A stretch of DNA of 64,000 bases from Candidatus Poribacteria bacterium (GCA_963665235.2 CAXXLX010000001.1:864001-928000); one strand, 5' to 3'. Shown: positions 41,999-54,273, numbered from the stretch's first letter. Notes: generated by a model from the sequence alone, not told the origin. Translations and numbers: made by a program.

Positions 41999-42424
41999 AT
42001 GAAATTTCTTTTGAAAAAACATGTCAATATCCTTCTGATATGCCTACTTATCTATTTCGCCGTAATTCCGATGCAGCTATCCAATTATGTTTTGTGCATC
42101 GGTGAGGATGGGCATATTGAAGTTGAAGCTGCAACCCATGGTCGCTGCTGCCCCGACGCGCGTGCTGCGCATACGGAAATTGCGACAGAGCAAGACCACT
42201 GTGGAGCATGCGTTGACCTCCCTATCTTTTCCTCCTTAAATACCGAACAATACGTCGTCTCTTCGGAACACGCGGCGGCACACGACTCCGTTTGCACATC
42301 AGCTGTGCTCATCACACACCAGCCCGGTGTTTCTCCGACTTTACCCGTTACACCCCTTTTGACGCGCCCCGCGTTCATTAACCCGAAACTCATTTCCCTT
42401 CGGACCGTTATTCTCCTCATTTAG
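41999..42424 (+). CDS. Small Cys/His-rich putative metal-binding protein leading the RND operon
   Basis: VLCIGEDGH.E.E, CC, HCGACVDLP, C-terminal LRTVILLI. Confidence 0.8.
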   Translation: MKFLLKKHVNILLICLLIYFAVIPMQLSNYVLCIGEDGHIEVEAATHGRCCPDARAAHTEIATEQDHCGACVDLPIFSSLNTEQYVVSSEHAAAHDSVCTSAVLITHQPGVSPTLPVTPLLTRPAFINPKLISLRTVILLI

Positions 42425-42544
42425 TTTTCTAGTAGTCTTCAGTTATCAGTTAAAAGAAACCTTTGATGAATCAAATATCTTTTACCCGAACCCTGATAAC
42501 TGCTAACCGATAACTATAAAACTAACAAAGGAGTTTAACATCTC

Positions 42545-43813
42545 ATGAAAATCAGATTGAATATCATCTGCGCGATAGTGGGGTTATGCCTTGTTTTACC
42601 AATAACCGCTGTCGCTGCAGAACATGAAGAAATTAATCTTGAGGGTGCAATCCAGACGGCTTTGCGCGAAAACCTGAGTATGCGCGTGATTCGTGAAAAA
42701 GTGAAGGTTGCACAAGCCCAAATCGATGGCATTGCCCTGCTTGGTAACCCCGAATTGGAAACCGAGTTTGTCGGCGGGGCAGAAGGTGAACAAATCCTTG
42801 AATTGACAAAGTCTTTTCAGCTCGGCGGCCAACGGAGGCACCGGCAACGTATTGCCAAAACGCACCTTGAAAAGGTAAATGCTGAACTTGCCGAAGCCTC
42901 GCGCCTGCTTACGAAATCGGTAAAACTCACCTTTTATGCCCTAGTACTTGCCCAAGAAAAGCTCAAGTTAGCCAAAACACTCATTCAACACAACGAGCAG
43001 ATGCGTGACATTGCACAGCTCCAATTTGAAGCAGGCGATATTTCAGTGACGCAGGTCAATTTGGCGAACATTCAGTTGCAATCGGCACGGCGCGAAGCAG
43101 CAACATTAGAAAGCGAATTGGCACTGGCACAGCTTGAACTCAACGGTTTAATGGGTACCCCTCTTGAAGCCAAGCCTATCGCTGTTGGGGGGCTGCCTGA
43201 AAACATAGGAGCAGGCACGCTGAAAAAATTGACATTGCAAACCTTGACGAAACACGCTATAGCACACCGTGCCGACCTGAAAACACGGCACCTCAATGCA
43301 CAATTGACAGAGAGCGAACATCGCCTTGCAAAAGCGGTAAACATTCCGGACCTAGGGATTGGTGCGATTGCAGAACGCAGTGCCGGTGAGTATGCATTCG
43401 GTGTAAAGTTTTCAATACCGTTGCCAATTTTCGATCGGAATCGTGCCGACATTCATGCTGCAAAGGCACAGCAGCAGGTGGACGCAACCGAAATTCGCAG
43501 GACCGAGCGGCAAATTACACATGAAGTTATGGCGGCACTCCTTTCACTGAAGACCGCACAAAAAACGCGCACGTTTTATGAAGGCGATACGCTGAAGTTG
43601 CTCAATGAAAACCTTACGCTGACGCGCACCGCTTACGAACTAGGCGAAGCAGGTCTCTTAGAGGTTATATTGATGCAAAACGAATTTAGCAGAACGCAAT
43701 TTGCCTATCTGAACACGCTATCAACATACTGTAAGGCAGTGGCAGAGCTTGAAGCTGCTGTGGGTACATCTATTCACGCTCCGGCGCTTGCTCCTACCAA
43801 TGCGGAGGACTAA
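42545..43813 (+). CDS. TolC/CzcC family outer membrane efflux protein
   Basis: Signal peptide, NPEL, SIPLPIFDRN, AYELGE motifs. Confidence 0.92.
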   Translation: MKIRLNIICAIVGLCLVLPITAVAAEHEEINLEGAIQTALRENLSMRVIREKVKVAQAQIDGIALLGNPELETEFVGGAEGEQILELTKSFQLGGQRRHRQRIAKTHLEKVNAELAEASRLLTKSVKLTFYALVLAQEKLKLAKTLIQHNEQMRDIAQLQFEAGDISVTQVNLANIQLQSARREAATLESELALAQLELNGLMGTPLEAKPIAVGGLPENIGAGTLKKLTLQTLTKHAIAHRADLKTRHLNAQLTESEHRLAKAVNIPDLGIGAIAERSAGEYAFGVKFSIPLPIFDRNRADIHAAKAQQQVDATEIRRTERQITHEVMAALLSLKTAQKTRTFYEGDTLKLLNENLTLTRTAYELGEAGLLEVILMQNEFSRTQFAYLNTLSTYCKAVAELEAAVGTSIHAPALAPTNAED

Positions 43814-43815
43814 AA

Positions 43816-46261
43816 ATGTTACGTTATTTTTACAAAAAAAATGTAGGTCAGAACTACAGATATGCCATTGGGCTTGCTATTTCTGTTATAGCAATAGCCG
43901 GGCTGGCCTCACTGACCCTCATTTTCACAACCACCTGGGCTGAGGATACGCCTATCGATGAGGGCGAGGATGCCCCGCAGACACACGGAAATGTAAAAAA
44001 TACAGGGATGGTGACGCTGACCGATAAGGCAAAAGTGAACATCGATTTGAAAACTGACGAGGCGGATATTCGCGCTATTGAAAAGGTTACACAGGTTACA
44101 GGTAACGTCATCGCGCACCCCGGGCGACAAGCACGCGTCACGCCCAGAATAGGCGGTATCGTCCAACGCATCTACTTCCAAATGGGAGATTCGCTCAAAG
44201 CGGGGGATGTACTATTGGAATTGGAGAGCACGGCGTTGCAAATGCTACAGATTGACCTGATTGAAGCGGTGGCACAACAGAAATCTTTAGAGAATAAATT
44301 GACGAAATTGACAGAGGTTTTCGCAAAGCAGATTCGTCGAGAATTACAAACTCGGCAAATTGATTACCTTCAATCGGTTGATGAACGCAAGGCACAGAAA
44401 ACGGCTCTGGACAAACATAAAACCTTGGCTATTGCGAAAACAACTTCCGCCTTAGAACAGATGCGTGCTGCACTTGCCACAGCGCACGTTGACCTCCGCC
44501 TGTTGGAAACAACGCTCAAGCGGACGAAATCCCTGACAGCGCAACGTATTTCCGCACAAAAGGAGTTGGTGGCGCAACAGGCAGCGTATACGAAAGCGAA
44601 AAACGCTTTCGCTGAGGCAAGACAGCAATTTCATCTCATCGGGGTTAGTGACGAGACGCTAGAAAAGATTCTGCACGACGGCGGCGAAACCCCTATCCTT
44701 TCACTTATAGGGCGGGTTGAAGGGACGGTCGCGAGCGAAGCTCGCTCCTACAGAAGGGACGGTCGCGAGCGAAGCTCGCTCCTACAGAGGAGAACCGGCA
44801 CAGGTCGCGAGCGAAGCTCGCTCCTACAGAGGAGAACCGGCACAGGTCGCGAGCGAAGCTCGCTCCTACAGAGGAGAACCGGCACAGGTCGCGAGCGAAG
44901 CTCGCTCCTACAGAGGAGAACCGGCACAGGTCGCGAGCGAAGCTCGCTCCTACAGAGGAGAACCGGCACAGGTCGCGAGCGAAGCTCGCTCCTACAGAGG
45001 AGAACCGGCACAGGTCGCGAGCGAAGCTCGCTCCTACAGAGGAGAACCGGCACAGGTCGCGAGCGAAGCTCGCTCCTACAGAGGAGAACCGGCACAGGTC
45101 GCGAGCGAAGCTCGCTCCTACAGAGGAGAACCGGCACAGGTCGCGAGCGAAGCTCGCTCCTACAGAGGAGAACCGGCACAGGTCGCGAGCGAAGCTCGCT
45201 CCTACAGAGGAGAACCGGCACAGGTCGCGAGCGAAGCTCGCTCCTACAGAGGAGAGGACGAGCAGCTCGAGAACTCCGATGCACCGCACCCCGCCTTGCA
45301 GTACGTCACGCTTATTGATGAGGCGACCGATTTGGTCGATGCGGAAGCCGCATACAGAACCGCTATTATCAAGGTTGATGCTAACAGGCAGCGGGCATTG
45401 GCATCAGGTCTTACGGAAGTGCTTCTAAAAAACCTTGTGCACACTGGCAAAATTAAGTCTTTTGAGGATGTGCCGCACAGAAAACTGATTGACAATTACC
45501 TTGCTGTTGTGGAAAGCACGGAGGCGTTAGAGGGGCTGCTCCAAATAGAGGAAGCTATTCGGAGTGCGGACATAACCTTGAACAAGATTCAGCAACAACT
45601 TCAGGTGTCCGGACTCACACAAGCAGCTATAGAAAAAATTATGCAAACGGCACAACCGATTAAAACGTTCTATATCACAGCTCCCGCCGCTGGAAAAATC
45701 GTCCAGCAACAGGTAACCCTCGGGGCTACCGTTGAAAAAAACGATACGCTCTTCTCACTCTTGGATACAAGCACAGTGTGGATTGAAGGCGACGCTTACG
45801 AAGACACGTTACCACTTATTTCGGTTGGGAGCGAAGTCCGCATTCGCGTGCCAGCGTATCCGGAGGAGACGTTCATAGGCAAGATTTCAAAAATTTCATC
45901 GGTTATGAACCCGGAGAAACGGACAGCTCACTTCTACACAGAGGTCAGCAATCCTGACGACAAGCTGAAACCGGGTATGTTTGCTGAACAGACAGTTGTC
46001 ATTGAAAGATTAGACGACGTTTTGACGGTGCCCTTGCGTGCACTACTCATAGAGGGGACCACACAGTTTGTTTTCGTTGAAATAGGCAACACGTACATCA
46101 AACATGAAGTTGAGGTGGGGGCAAAGGATGACCGGTACGTTGAAATCAAAGACGGTTTATTGGCAGGTGAACGTGTCGTTGTCCAGGGCGGATATCAACT
46201 GATGCAAACCGCAGCAGGTACATCAGACGTTATTGACCCCCATGCAGGACATAATCATTAA
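43816..46261 (+). CDS. RND periplasmic adaptor (CzcB/CusB-like) with internal REP array; frameshifted at about 44720-44760
   Basis: N-half lipoyl motif (PRIGGIV...GD.LKAGDVL) in ORF 43816-45318; C-half (APAAG, LKPGMFA, GL.AGERVV, DPHAGHNH) in ORF 44717-46261. Confidence 0.88.
44728..45248. repeat. 13 GTAG-type REP copies inside a CDS (42-bp period, first spacing 34 bp)
   Basis: gtcgcgagcgaagctcgctcctacagaggagaaccggcacag. Confidence 0.97.
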
Positions 46262-46287
46262 GCTGACCGCGATAAGGAGAAAAAGGA

Positions 46288-49200
46288 ATGTGGTCAAAAA
46301 TAACGGAGGGCTCACTCCGGAATAGACTTCTTGTGATTTGCGGTATCATTGCTGCAAGTATTATCGGGTTCAGGATGTTTCAATCCGCCCCGATCGACGT
46401 GTATCCTGACATAAATCCGCCCCGGATTACCGTGCTAACAGAGGCACACGGTTGGTCCCCGGAGGAGATGGAAACCCTCGTCACATTGCCGATTGAAAGC
46501 GCTATGAACGGTGCCCCGGATGTCACACGTGTTAGGTCTTCGTCAGCGATAGGTTTATCGTTGATTTTTGTTGAGTTTGAATGGGGTATGGATATTTTTC
46601 TCGCGCGGCAGATGGTCTCGGAACGGCTTCAACTCGTTGCACCAAATTTGCCGGAGGGGGTTGACGCGCCGATTATCTTACCTACCTCTTCCCTGCTCGG
46701 GGAGATTGTGGAATACGCGCTCGTTGATGAAAGAGCAGAAAACGGCAACGAAGATGGCCCCAAACCGCTCGGGCCGATGGAGATGCGCGACCTAGCGGAT
46801 TGGGTCGTTCGATATCGACTTCAGTCTCAGGAGGGGTATCGCTAATGTGATAAACATTGGCGGGTATGTGAAGCAATTTCAGGTCTTCGTCAACCCCGAA
46901 CGTTTGATCAGCTACGGCATTTCACTAGAGGATGTCGCTCATGCCCTGCGCGCAGAAACACCATCGTTCAAAAAGCAATGAGAACGCGGCAGGCGGTTTT
47001 CTTATTAAGGATAGTCGTGAATTGATGATTCGGGGGTTAGGCAGAATTGCCACGGTCGCCGACATTGAAAACGTCGTCATCGATGTACGCGGTATGAGCA
47101 CGCCTATCCTTGTGAAAGACATCGCCACGGTGAAAATCGGGTCGCTTCCCGAAATTCGGCGCGGAGCGGGAAGCCTCAACGGAAAAGAGACTGTCTTAGG
47201 GAAGGTCGTCAAGCAACCGGGTATCAATACCCTAAGCCTCAGCGATAAAGTGGTTTCGGAGTTGGACGCATTGGAGAAGACGCTACCGGAGGGTGTAAAG
47301 GTTAAAGTTGAGTATGCCCAAGCCGAGCTGATTCGCCGCGCTGTGGATACTGTCAAAGATGCCTTACGCGAGGGGGCAATTCTCGTCGTTATCGTGCTGG
47401 TTATTTTTCTTTTCAACATTCGCACTGCGTTGATTACACTTACCGCTATCCCGCTATCCCTGATTATTGCAGTCATTGTGCTCCTTTGGCAAGGGGGCAC
47501 TCTCAACATCATGACACTTGCTGGCTTAGCAATTGCTGTCGGGATGGTGGTTGACGATGCAATCGTCTATGTAGAAAACATCTTTCGGCGATTGCAGGAG
47601 TATTTTCATCGCCGTGAAGTAGCTCGGATTGAACAAACAGAAATCCAACAACATGAAACACCCATGCAGGTGGTAACACGGGCAAGCGATGAAATGCGTG
47701 TCTCGATCGTTTTTGCAACGTTGATTATCATCCTCGTTTTTCTGCCGTTGTTCAGCCTCAGCGGTATTGAGGGCAGAATGTTTCGACCCCTCGGCTGGAC
47801 TGTTGTTATTTCTATGGCGGCATCGCTGTTCGTTGCCTTAACAGTCGTGCCGGTTTTAAGCGACCTGCTGCTTGCACGGGTCAGAGATATACCGTTGCGA
47901 ACTGAACAGTATGAAAAGCGTGGTGTATTTACAGGGATTAAACGTCTTTACAACGGTTTCCGCAATATGGTGGTACGCTGGCGGATGTTTGTTGTCGCAT
48001 TGGCACCCGATTCCGACACGGAGACAGCCTTGACGTTGCAGCCTGTCGTTATGTGGATTAAACGCGCCTATCGTCCTATTCTCTCGGTAGCGATACGATT
48101 ACGTTGGGTAGTCGTAATAATTGCACTACTGTTAGTGGTCATAACGGTCGCAGCCCTTCCCTATTTGGGACGCGAATTTTTGCCTGTCATGGATGAAGCC
48201 ACATTCACTATCAGCGTCTTTTCACCTCCGGGCACCTCGCTCGGAGAATCCACACGTATCGGCCGTGAGATGGAAAGACGGTTGCTAGAAATTCCCGAAG
48301 TGACCAGCGTTAGCAGCCGGACCGGACGTGCGGAAGCCGATGAACATGCACATGATGTCAACACACACGATATCGTCGTAAACTTCATTCCGCCCGATGT
48401 CCGCGAAAAAACACGCGAAGAGCTACTTGCCGAAGTCCGTCAACTGCTCTCCCCCGAAAACTTTCCGGGGGTGGTTGTCTCCGTCGGGCAGCCCATTCAA
48501 CACCGCTTGGACTACCTTTTGTCGGGGGTCAGCGCGCAAGTTGCCTTGAAACTCTTTGGGCCGGACCTCGACACACTCCGTCAGAAAGCGGAAGAGATTA
48601 AAACTGTCATGGCCGGAATTGAGGGGGTAGCCGATTTGCAGGTTGAACAACAGGTCCAGATTGAACAGCTTCAGATTCAGGTTAAACGCCTTGAAGCGGC
48701 ACGACACGGTTTGCGCGTTGAAGACATAACACACTTTGCAGAAGCGGCTTTTAAAGGGGAGACAGTCAGCCAAATTATCCAGGGACAACGCCAATATAAC
48801 CTCGTCATTCGGTTTGACCCAACCCTTGTTAGTAGTGTTGAATCTATCGGTAGTCTGAAACTCCGAACGCCTTCAGGGACGTTCGTTCCACTAGAACAGG
48901 TTGCCGATGTCAGCATCGGTTACGGTCCAAATACTATCAATCGGGAGAACGTCTCTCGGCGGATTGTAGTTCAGTGTAATGTTCAGGACCGGGACCTCGG
49001 CAATTTTATTGCCGAAGTTCAACAGGAAATACGCGCACATATTGACCTGCCCGAATCCTATTTCCTGAAATACGAGGGGCAGTTTGAAAGTCAACAGAGT
49101 GCCCAAAAACGGATTTTAATTCAGAGCGGTTTCGTGCTTGTCGGAATATGTCTTCTGTTGTATCTCGCGATGGGGTCAATACGGCTTTCCATCCTAGTCA

Positions 49201-49619
49201 TGTTGAACTTGCCGCTCGCGTTAATCGGTGGTATTATCAGTGTATTCTTGACCGGTGGCGTGTTGAGTATTCCATCCATGGTGGGGTTCATACTACTGTT
49301 CGGCATTGCTGTGCGAAACGGCATCATCTTGGTTTCACATATTAATACACTTCGTTCAGAAGGAATGCCGCTCTATGACGCTGTGATGAAGGGCGCAGCG
49401 GAGCGTATTAGTCCTGTGCTAATGACAGCACTAACGACAGGCTTAGGGATGTTGCCACTGGCACTCGCCCACGGTTCCGGGGCGGAATTGCAGAAACCGC
49501 TTGCAATCGTTATCAGTGGTGGAATGATTACTGCAACGCTCTTAACACTGCTCGTCTTGCCCGCGTTGTACTATATTGTTGAAAAACGGGGGCCAGATGA
49601 AAACCTCGTGGAATCGTAA
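46288..49619 (+). CDS. CusA/CzcA family heavy-metal RND permease, with two apparent frameshifts at about 46835 and 46960
   Basis: IDVYPDI, GMVVDDAIV.VEN and R.SPVLMTAL motifs; the gap between the two ORFs encodes GGYVKQFQVFVNPERL in the third frame. Confidence 0.92.
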
Positions 49620-49628
49620 AACGTTTAT

Positions 49629-49886
49629 GGGTGTGTAAAGTTTTAGTCATAATGATAGATGGAAGGATGGAAGAGTGGAAGGATGGAAGAGTGGAAGGAT
49701 GGAAGGATGGATTTCGCGTGTGTGTTGTCAGAATCGCGGATTGCACAGAGGACACGAAAGGCGCGGATTTTAAGACGAGTGGGCATCACGGAATGGGCAA
49801 TGAATTGCCCTACTATAGGAGCGGGAAACCGTTTGCCCGAATACTGAACGGTCTTCGGTTAACTTGTACGAAAACTTTGTGCACTC
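49629..49886. mobile_element. Short degenerate MITE of the IS256-like TIR family
   Basis: gggtgtgtaaagtttt ... aaaactttgtgcactc, flanked by aaacgtttat / aagcgtttat. Confidence 0.6.
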
Positions 49887-49974
49887 AAGCGTTTATCATA
49901 ATTTTGCAATTCTTGCGTAAACATGGTATAATAACAACAGATGTTAAATCTATTATTGAAGCGAGGGAATAACG

Positions 49975-50742
49975 ATGAAACGCGCACACTTCTATAGTAT
50001 CATGTTTGTGGCTCTAGTGCTTATCGTCGGTGTGAGCACGCTAAGTGTCGCAGAAATGAAAAGCTTGAGGCTAGAAATCTCCGATTACGTCAGCAATACG
50101 GATGCCAGAAAAATACGGCGACTGTTGGCACCGTGGGCGGATGCCAAAGATATCAGCTTCCACACGCCTGTTGACAAAAAAGGTAGAAAACGACTTTTCG
50201 CAACCGTTGTCGAAGTCAAACCGAGACGAGGCGTTTCTAAATACAGCGAAACGCATGCATTTGATGTCTATGACATTATGCGACAGCTAAAGGATTCCCG
50301 GTTCCGAGGAAGACACGGACTTGGACAGGTCCGTATTCTTAAAACGGAGGCAACGATTCAAGGGACCGTGTTTACATACCCTGGCCTTTCACGCAGCCAT
50401 ATCAATGGGGTACCCGGATGGGCACTTTGGGGACGTGAAACGTCTCAACTGCTCCACGCCCTCCAAGCTGAGGGAAGCGGCCAAAAATTTGTTTTCACCG
50501 AATCTCCCGAATTCGATCGGTTGCGAATGGATATTGCAAAAGGCAATAATAAAACCGTTGAAGTGAAGGGCAGAGTTGTTGGATTTGACGGCCCCTACCC
50601 GATTGTATCGGTTACCAGCTACAAATTGGCACCCCGCGTTAACAGGATGGGTGCACCCGCGCAGGAACAGCCGAGGCTGCCGAACGAAAAACGTGATACG
50701 GAACAGAAACCGAAATACGACTATATTGAAGAGGACCGATAG
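49975..50742 (+). CDS. Hypothetical exported protein
   Basis: Signal peptide, GAGG RBS, 255 aa open frame. Confidence 0.75.
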   Translation: MKRAHFYSIMFVALVLIVGVSTLSVAEMKSLRLEISDYVSNTDARKIRRLLAPWADAKDISFHTPVDKKGRKRLFATVVEVKPRRGVSKYSETHAFDVYDIMRQLKDSRFRGRHGLGQVRILKTEATIQGTVFTYPGLSRSHINGVPGWALWGRETSQLLHALQAEGSGQKFVFTESPEFDRLRMDIAKGNNKTVEVKGRVVGFDGPYPIVSVTSYKLAPRVNRMGAPAQEQPRLPNEKRDTEQKPKYDYIEEDR

Positions 50743-51095
50743 GGCAGTGATTTAACTGTACACTAAACTTTGGACAATTTTAGGGGTGTCCGGTTTTTGT
50801 CAAAGGGATAAATGGAAGGGTGGAAGGGTGGAAGGGTGGATTTCGCGTGTGTTATCTGAATCGCGGATTACACAGATCTCGCGGATTTTAAATTGGCAAT
50901 TAGCAGGCGATTGGCAAGAGCAAGAGGGGTTTGACGCGCGGCAGAGATATGCTTAGCATCACAACCTTCTTGCTAAAAGCCATAAGCCAATAGCCAACAG
51001 CCAACATGCTATAAACATACCGCCCCGCTGGGGCTGCGCTTTCGCACATCCTATTCTATTTTTCTATTATAGGACTTACGCAAATACAGGGCCTT

Positions 51096-52067
51096 ATGGA
51101 AAAATACGTCAACAAAATCATTCACGGCGATTGTATAGAAATTATGCAGGCGATTCCGCCAAACAGCATTGACGTGACATTTGCCGACCCGCCCTTCAAC
51201 CTGAAAAAGAGATACGGGACTTACAAAGACGAAAAGGAGACTGACGACTATCTCAATTGGTGTAAGCAATGGCTCATGGAAATGGTGAGAATCACTAAAC
51301 CGAGCGGCTCCATTTTTGTTCACAATATCCCCAAATGGTTACTCCATTATGCAGGTTACCTAAACGAAGTCGCAGATTTTCGGCATTGGATTGCATGGGA
51401 TGCCCCAACCGCTCCGATGGGTAAAACCTTGCAACCGTCGCATTACGGCATCCTGTTCTACGCGAAAAATCAGCAGGAAAACAAATTTTACGAAATCCGC
51501 TATCCGCATAAACGGTGCCGAAAATGTGGATATCTATTGAAGGACTACGGCGGGAAAAAGAAAATTTTGCATCCCTTTGGCCCCCTCGTTTCCGATGTCT
51601 GGTCGGATATTCATCGCATCCGTCATAATAAACATCGGGACCCGCATCCGTGTCAACTCCCTATTCACCTCTTAGAACGTCTCATTTTAATGAGCACAGA
51701 CGAAGGGGATATAATTTTGGATCCGTTTATGGGAACCGGCACAACAGCCGTTGCGGCAGCAAGATTAGGAAGAAAAGTTATAGGTATAGATTTGGACCCC
51801 CAATATGTAGAAATCACACAGCGGAAGTTAGCACAGGAGGTCCCAAATTCTAAGATTGGCGATATATGGGTGAGCTTCCACCGCGGTGAAATCATCACAA
51901 TTGCTGACAAAGATTGGGAGTCGCTGAAGGCACATTTTGTGATTCCAGAAGACATTCGGCGTATCGATTTTGAAAAAATTAAAACCGGCGGGGCAGTAGT
52001 AGCAACGACACCTCAAACGCCACAACTCCACTTAGGCATCCAAGAGGAAAAATGCGATTGTTATTAG
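51096..52067 (+). CDS. Site-specific DNA methyltransferase (N4-C/N6-A, beta class)
   Basis: DPPF motif IV precedes HPCQ.P and DPFMGTGTT motif I. Confidence 0.93.
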   Translation: MEKYVNKIIHGDCIEIMQAIPPNSIDVTFADPPFNLKKRYGTYKDEKETDDYLNWCKQWLMEMVRITKPSGSIFVHNIPKWLLHYAGYLNEVADFRHWIAWDAPTAPMGKTLQPSHYGILFYAKNQQENKFYEIRYPHKRCRKCGYLLKDYGGKKKILHPFGPLVSDVWSDIHRIRHNKHRDPHPCQLPIHLLERLILMSTDEGDIILDPFMGTGTTAVAAARLGRKVIGIDLDPQYVEITQRKLAQEVPNSKIGDIWVSFHRGEIITIADKDWESLKAHFVIPEDIRRIDFEKIKTGGAVVATTPQTPQLHLGIQEEKCDCY

Positions 52068-52119
52068 GTAACATTCTTACACCATCCCGCTTAGAATTAA
52101 GCGTGCCCACAGGAATAAG

Positions 52120-53265
52120 CTAAAAACCACCCGTGTTGAATAAAACAACCTGCTCAGCAGGGTCAACCGTGCCATCCGTGACGAGTTGTTCAAGCGCGGC
52201 GACATTCGCTGCGCCTTCCGGACAGGTTAAAATACCTTCAGTTGTTGGCAGCAGCTGCATCGCTTCGCGGATAGCAGTGTCTGAAACAGTAATCGCTGCG
52301 CCGCCGCTCTCCCGAATTGCGGATAAAATGAGAAAATCGCCAATTGCTTGCGGTACGCGTAACCCACTGGCGATAGTTTGCGCGTCTTGCCAGGGGGCTG
52401 CAGCCGATTTACCCTCCTGCCACGCCTTGACAATCGGGGCACACCCTTCAGCCTGTACAGCGATGAACCGCGGTCTTTTCTTACCAATCCAACCGAGTGC
52501 TTCCAATTCCGCAAACCCTTTCCACATACCGACAATACCGGTCCCGCCTCCGGTGGGATAGATAATCACATCAGGCAATTGCCATCCGAACTGCTCAGCG
52601 AGTTCAAATCCCATCGTCTTTTTGCCCTCAACGCGGTAGGGCTCTTTTAGCGTTGAAACATCGAACCAGCCTGCTGCTTCTTTCCGTTCAGCGACAATTC
52701 TGCCTGCATCCGTAATTAAGCCATCAACCAGCGTAACGTTCGCACCTGCAAGCTGACACGTTTCCCGATTAAAGGCGGGTGCATCCTTCGGCATAAAGAT
52801 ATGTGCAGTGATACCGGCACAAGCGGCATAAACAGACAGTGCTGTTGCTGCATTGCCAGCAGAGGGTATCGCTAATTCGGTAATACCGAGTGCTTTCGCT
52901 TTAGAAACCGCCATCGCCAAGCCTCGCGCCTTGAAAGACCCGGTCGGCAAACGCGATTCGTCCTTTACCCACAGATTTGTCAGTCCGAACCGCGCGCCTA
53001 ACGTTTTCGCCTCAAGGAGCGGTGTCATTGTCTCACCGAGGGAAACAATGTGTGCGGAATCTTGAATAGGCAAGAGTTCGCTATAACGCCAGAGTGTCGG
53101 CGGTCTTGAGGCGATATGTTCCGGTGTCCATGTGCCAGCCAATTGTTCAAGCGCGTAGCGGGCAAACAGAGGTTTCCCACAGGAAGGACAGATGTTCTGG
53201 GGTACCGTGTGCGGATAGATGTTGCTGCAGCTGCTGCATTGTAGGTGTTGTATAGTGCTATTCAT
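52120..53265 (-). CDS. thrC: Threonine synthase
   Basis: N-terminal Zn ribbon, LGE..TPL, PTGSFKARG, EGKKTMG.E, YPTGGG. Confidence 0.9.
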   Translation of the reverse strand: MNSTIQHLQCSSCSNIYPHTVPQNICPSCGKPLFARYALEQLAGTWTPEHIASRPPTLWRYSELLPIQDSAHIVSLGETMTPLLEAKTLGARFGLTNLWVKDESRLPTGSFKARGLAMAVSKAKALGITELAIPSAGNAATALSVYAACAGITAHIFMPKDAPAFNRETCQLAGANVTLVDGLITDAGRIVAERKEAAGWFDVSTLKEPYRVEGKKTMGFELAEQFGWQLPDVIIYPTGGGTGIVGMWKGFAELEALGWIGKKRPRFIAVQAEGCAPIVKAWQEGKSAAAPWQDAQTIASGLRVPQAIGDFLILSAIRESGGAAITVSDTAIREAMQLLPTTEGILTCPEGAANVAALEQLVTDGTVDPAEQVVLFNTGGF

Positions 53266-53276
53266 ATCGGTGTATC

Positions 53277-54200
53277 CTAAACCAGCAATTTGAGGAGCAC
53301 AGCCTTCATGCTATGCAGGCGGTTTTCGGATTGCTGAAAGATAAGGGAGCGTGGGTCGTCGAGCAATTCGCCTGCAATTTCATACCCGCGATGTGCGGGC
53401 AGACAGTGCATAATCCGGCATGCATGTCCGTTGAGCAGCTCGGGATTCAGTTGATACGGCATCATCATTTTCAAGCGGCGTTCCCGTTCCGCTACAAAAT
53501 CGGGGTCGGTGAAGAACTCCATATCTACCCATGTATCTGTATAGACGACGTCGCTTTGGGCAATTGCGTTCTCCAGCGCGGACGCGCTATCAGTGGGCAC
53601 CTTTTTATAGGTCCCGTTGCGTTCCGCTTCAGCCCATAATTCTTCATCAACAGCAGCAGGGTTTACCTCCGGTGCGATGACGGTCACCTCAAGTCCGACC
53701 TTCATCCCGGCAGCAATCAGGGAGTTGCAGACGTTGTTGTGAACGCCGATAAAACAGAGCGTAATTCCTGCCAATTTACCGAAGTGTTCCTGTATCGTCA
53801 TCAGGTCGCCTATGGCTTGCGTTGGATGATACCTATCGCAACACCCGTTAATCATCGGCACCGTTGAGGCTGTTGCCGCATCGCGCATGTCCTTATGCTT
53901 CAGGAAACGAGCTAAGATAACATCGACGTAAGCCGCCAGCACGCGAATTTCGTCACCGAGGTCGGCTAAACCGAAGTTAGTAGTTCGCCAGTCTAGGTAG
54001 TAGGGGTGCCCGCCAAGCTGCGTGATACCGATTTCCCCTGCACATCGTGTGCGCGTAGAGGTCTTTTGGAAAAGCAGGGCGAGACTCTGTCCGCCTACAG
54101 CATGTCTATATTTTTCAGGATAGTTCTTTATTTTGAGACTGTTTTCAACTGTATCCAGAATATCCGTTTCTGACCAGTCTTTTAGTGTAATTAGGTGCAT
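53277..54200 (-). CDS. argF: Ornithine carbamoyltransferase
   Basis: KTSTRT, HPTQ, NNVCNS, YTDTW..M, HCLP; start trimmed to MHLITL. Confidence 0.92.
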   Translation of the reverse strand: MHLITLKDWSETDILDTVENSLKIKNYPEKYRHAVGGQSLALLFQKTSTRTRCAGEIGITQLGGHPYYLDWRTTNFGLADLGDEIRVLAAYVDVILARFLKHKDMRDAATASTVPMINGCCDRYHPTQAIGDLMTIQEHFGKLAGITLCFIGVHNNVCNSLIAAGMKVGLEVTVIAPEVNPAAVDEELWAEAERNGTYKKVPTDSASALENAIAQSDVVYTDTWVDMEFFTDPDFVAERERRLKMMMPYQLNPELLNGHACRIMHCLPAHRGYEIAGELLDDPRSLIFQQSENRLHSMKAVLLKLLV

Positions 54201-54273
54201 AATCATCTCCAGAGCAAGCGGATTTTTTTTGTGAGGGTACACGGCCACCGCCGGCATTGAATAGAAAACGATA

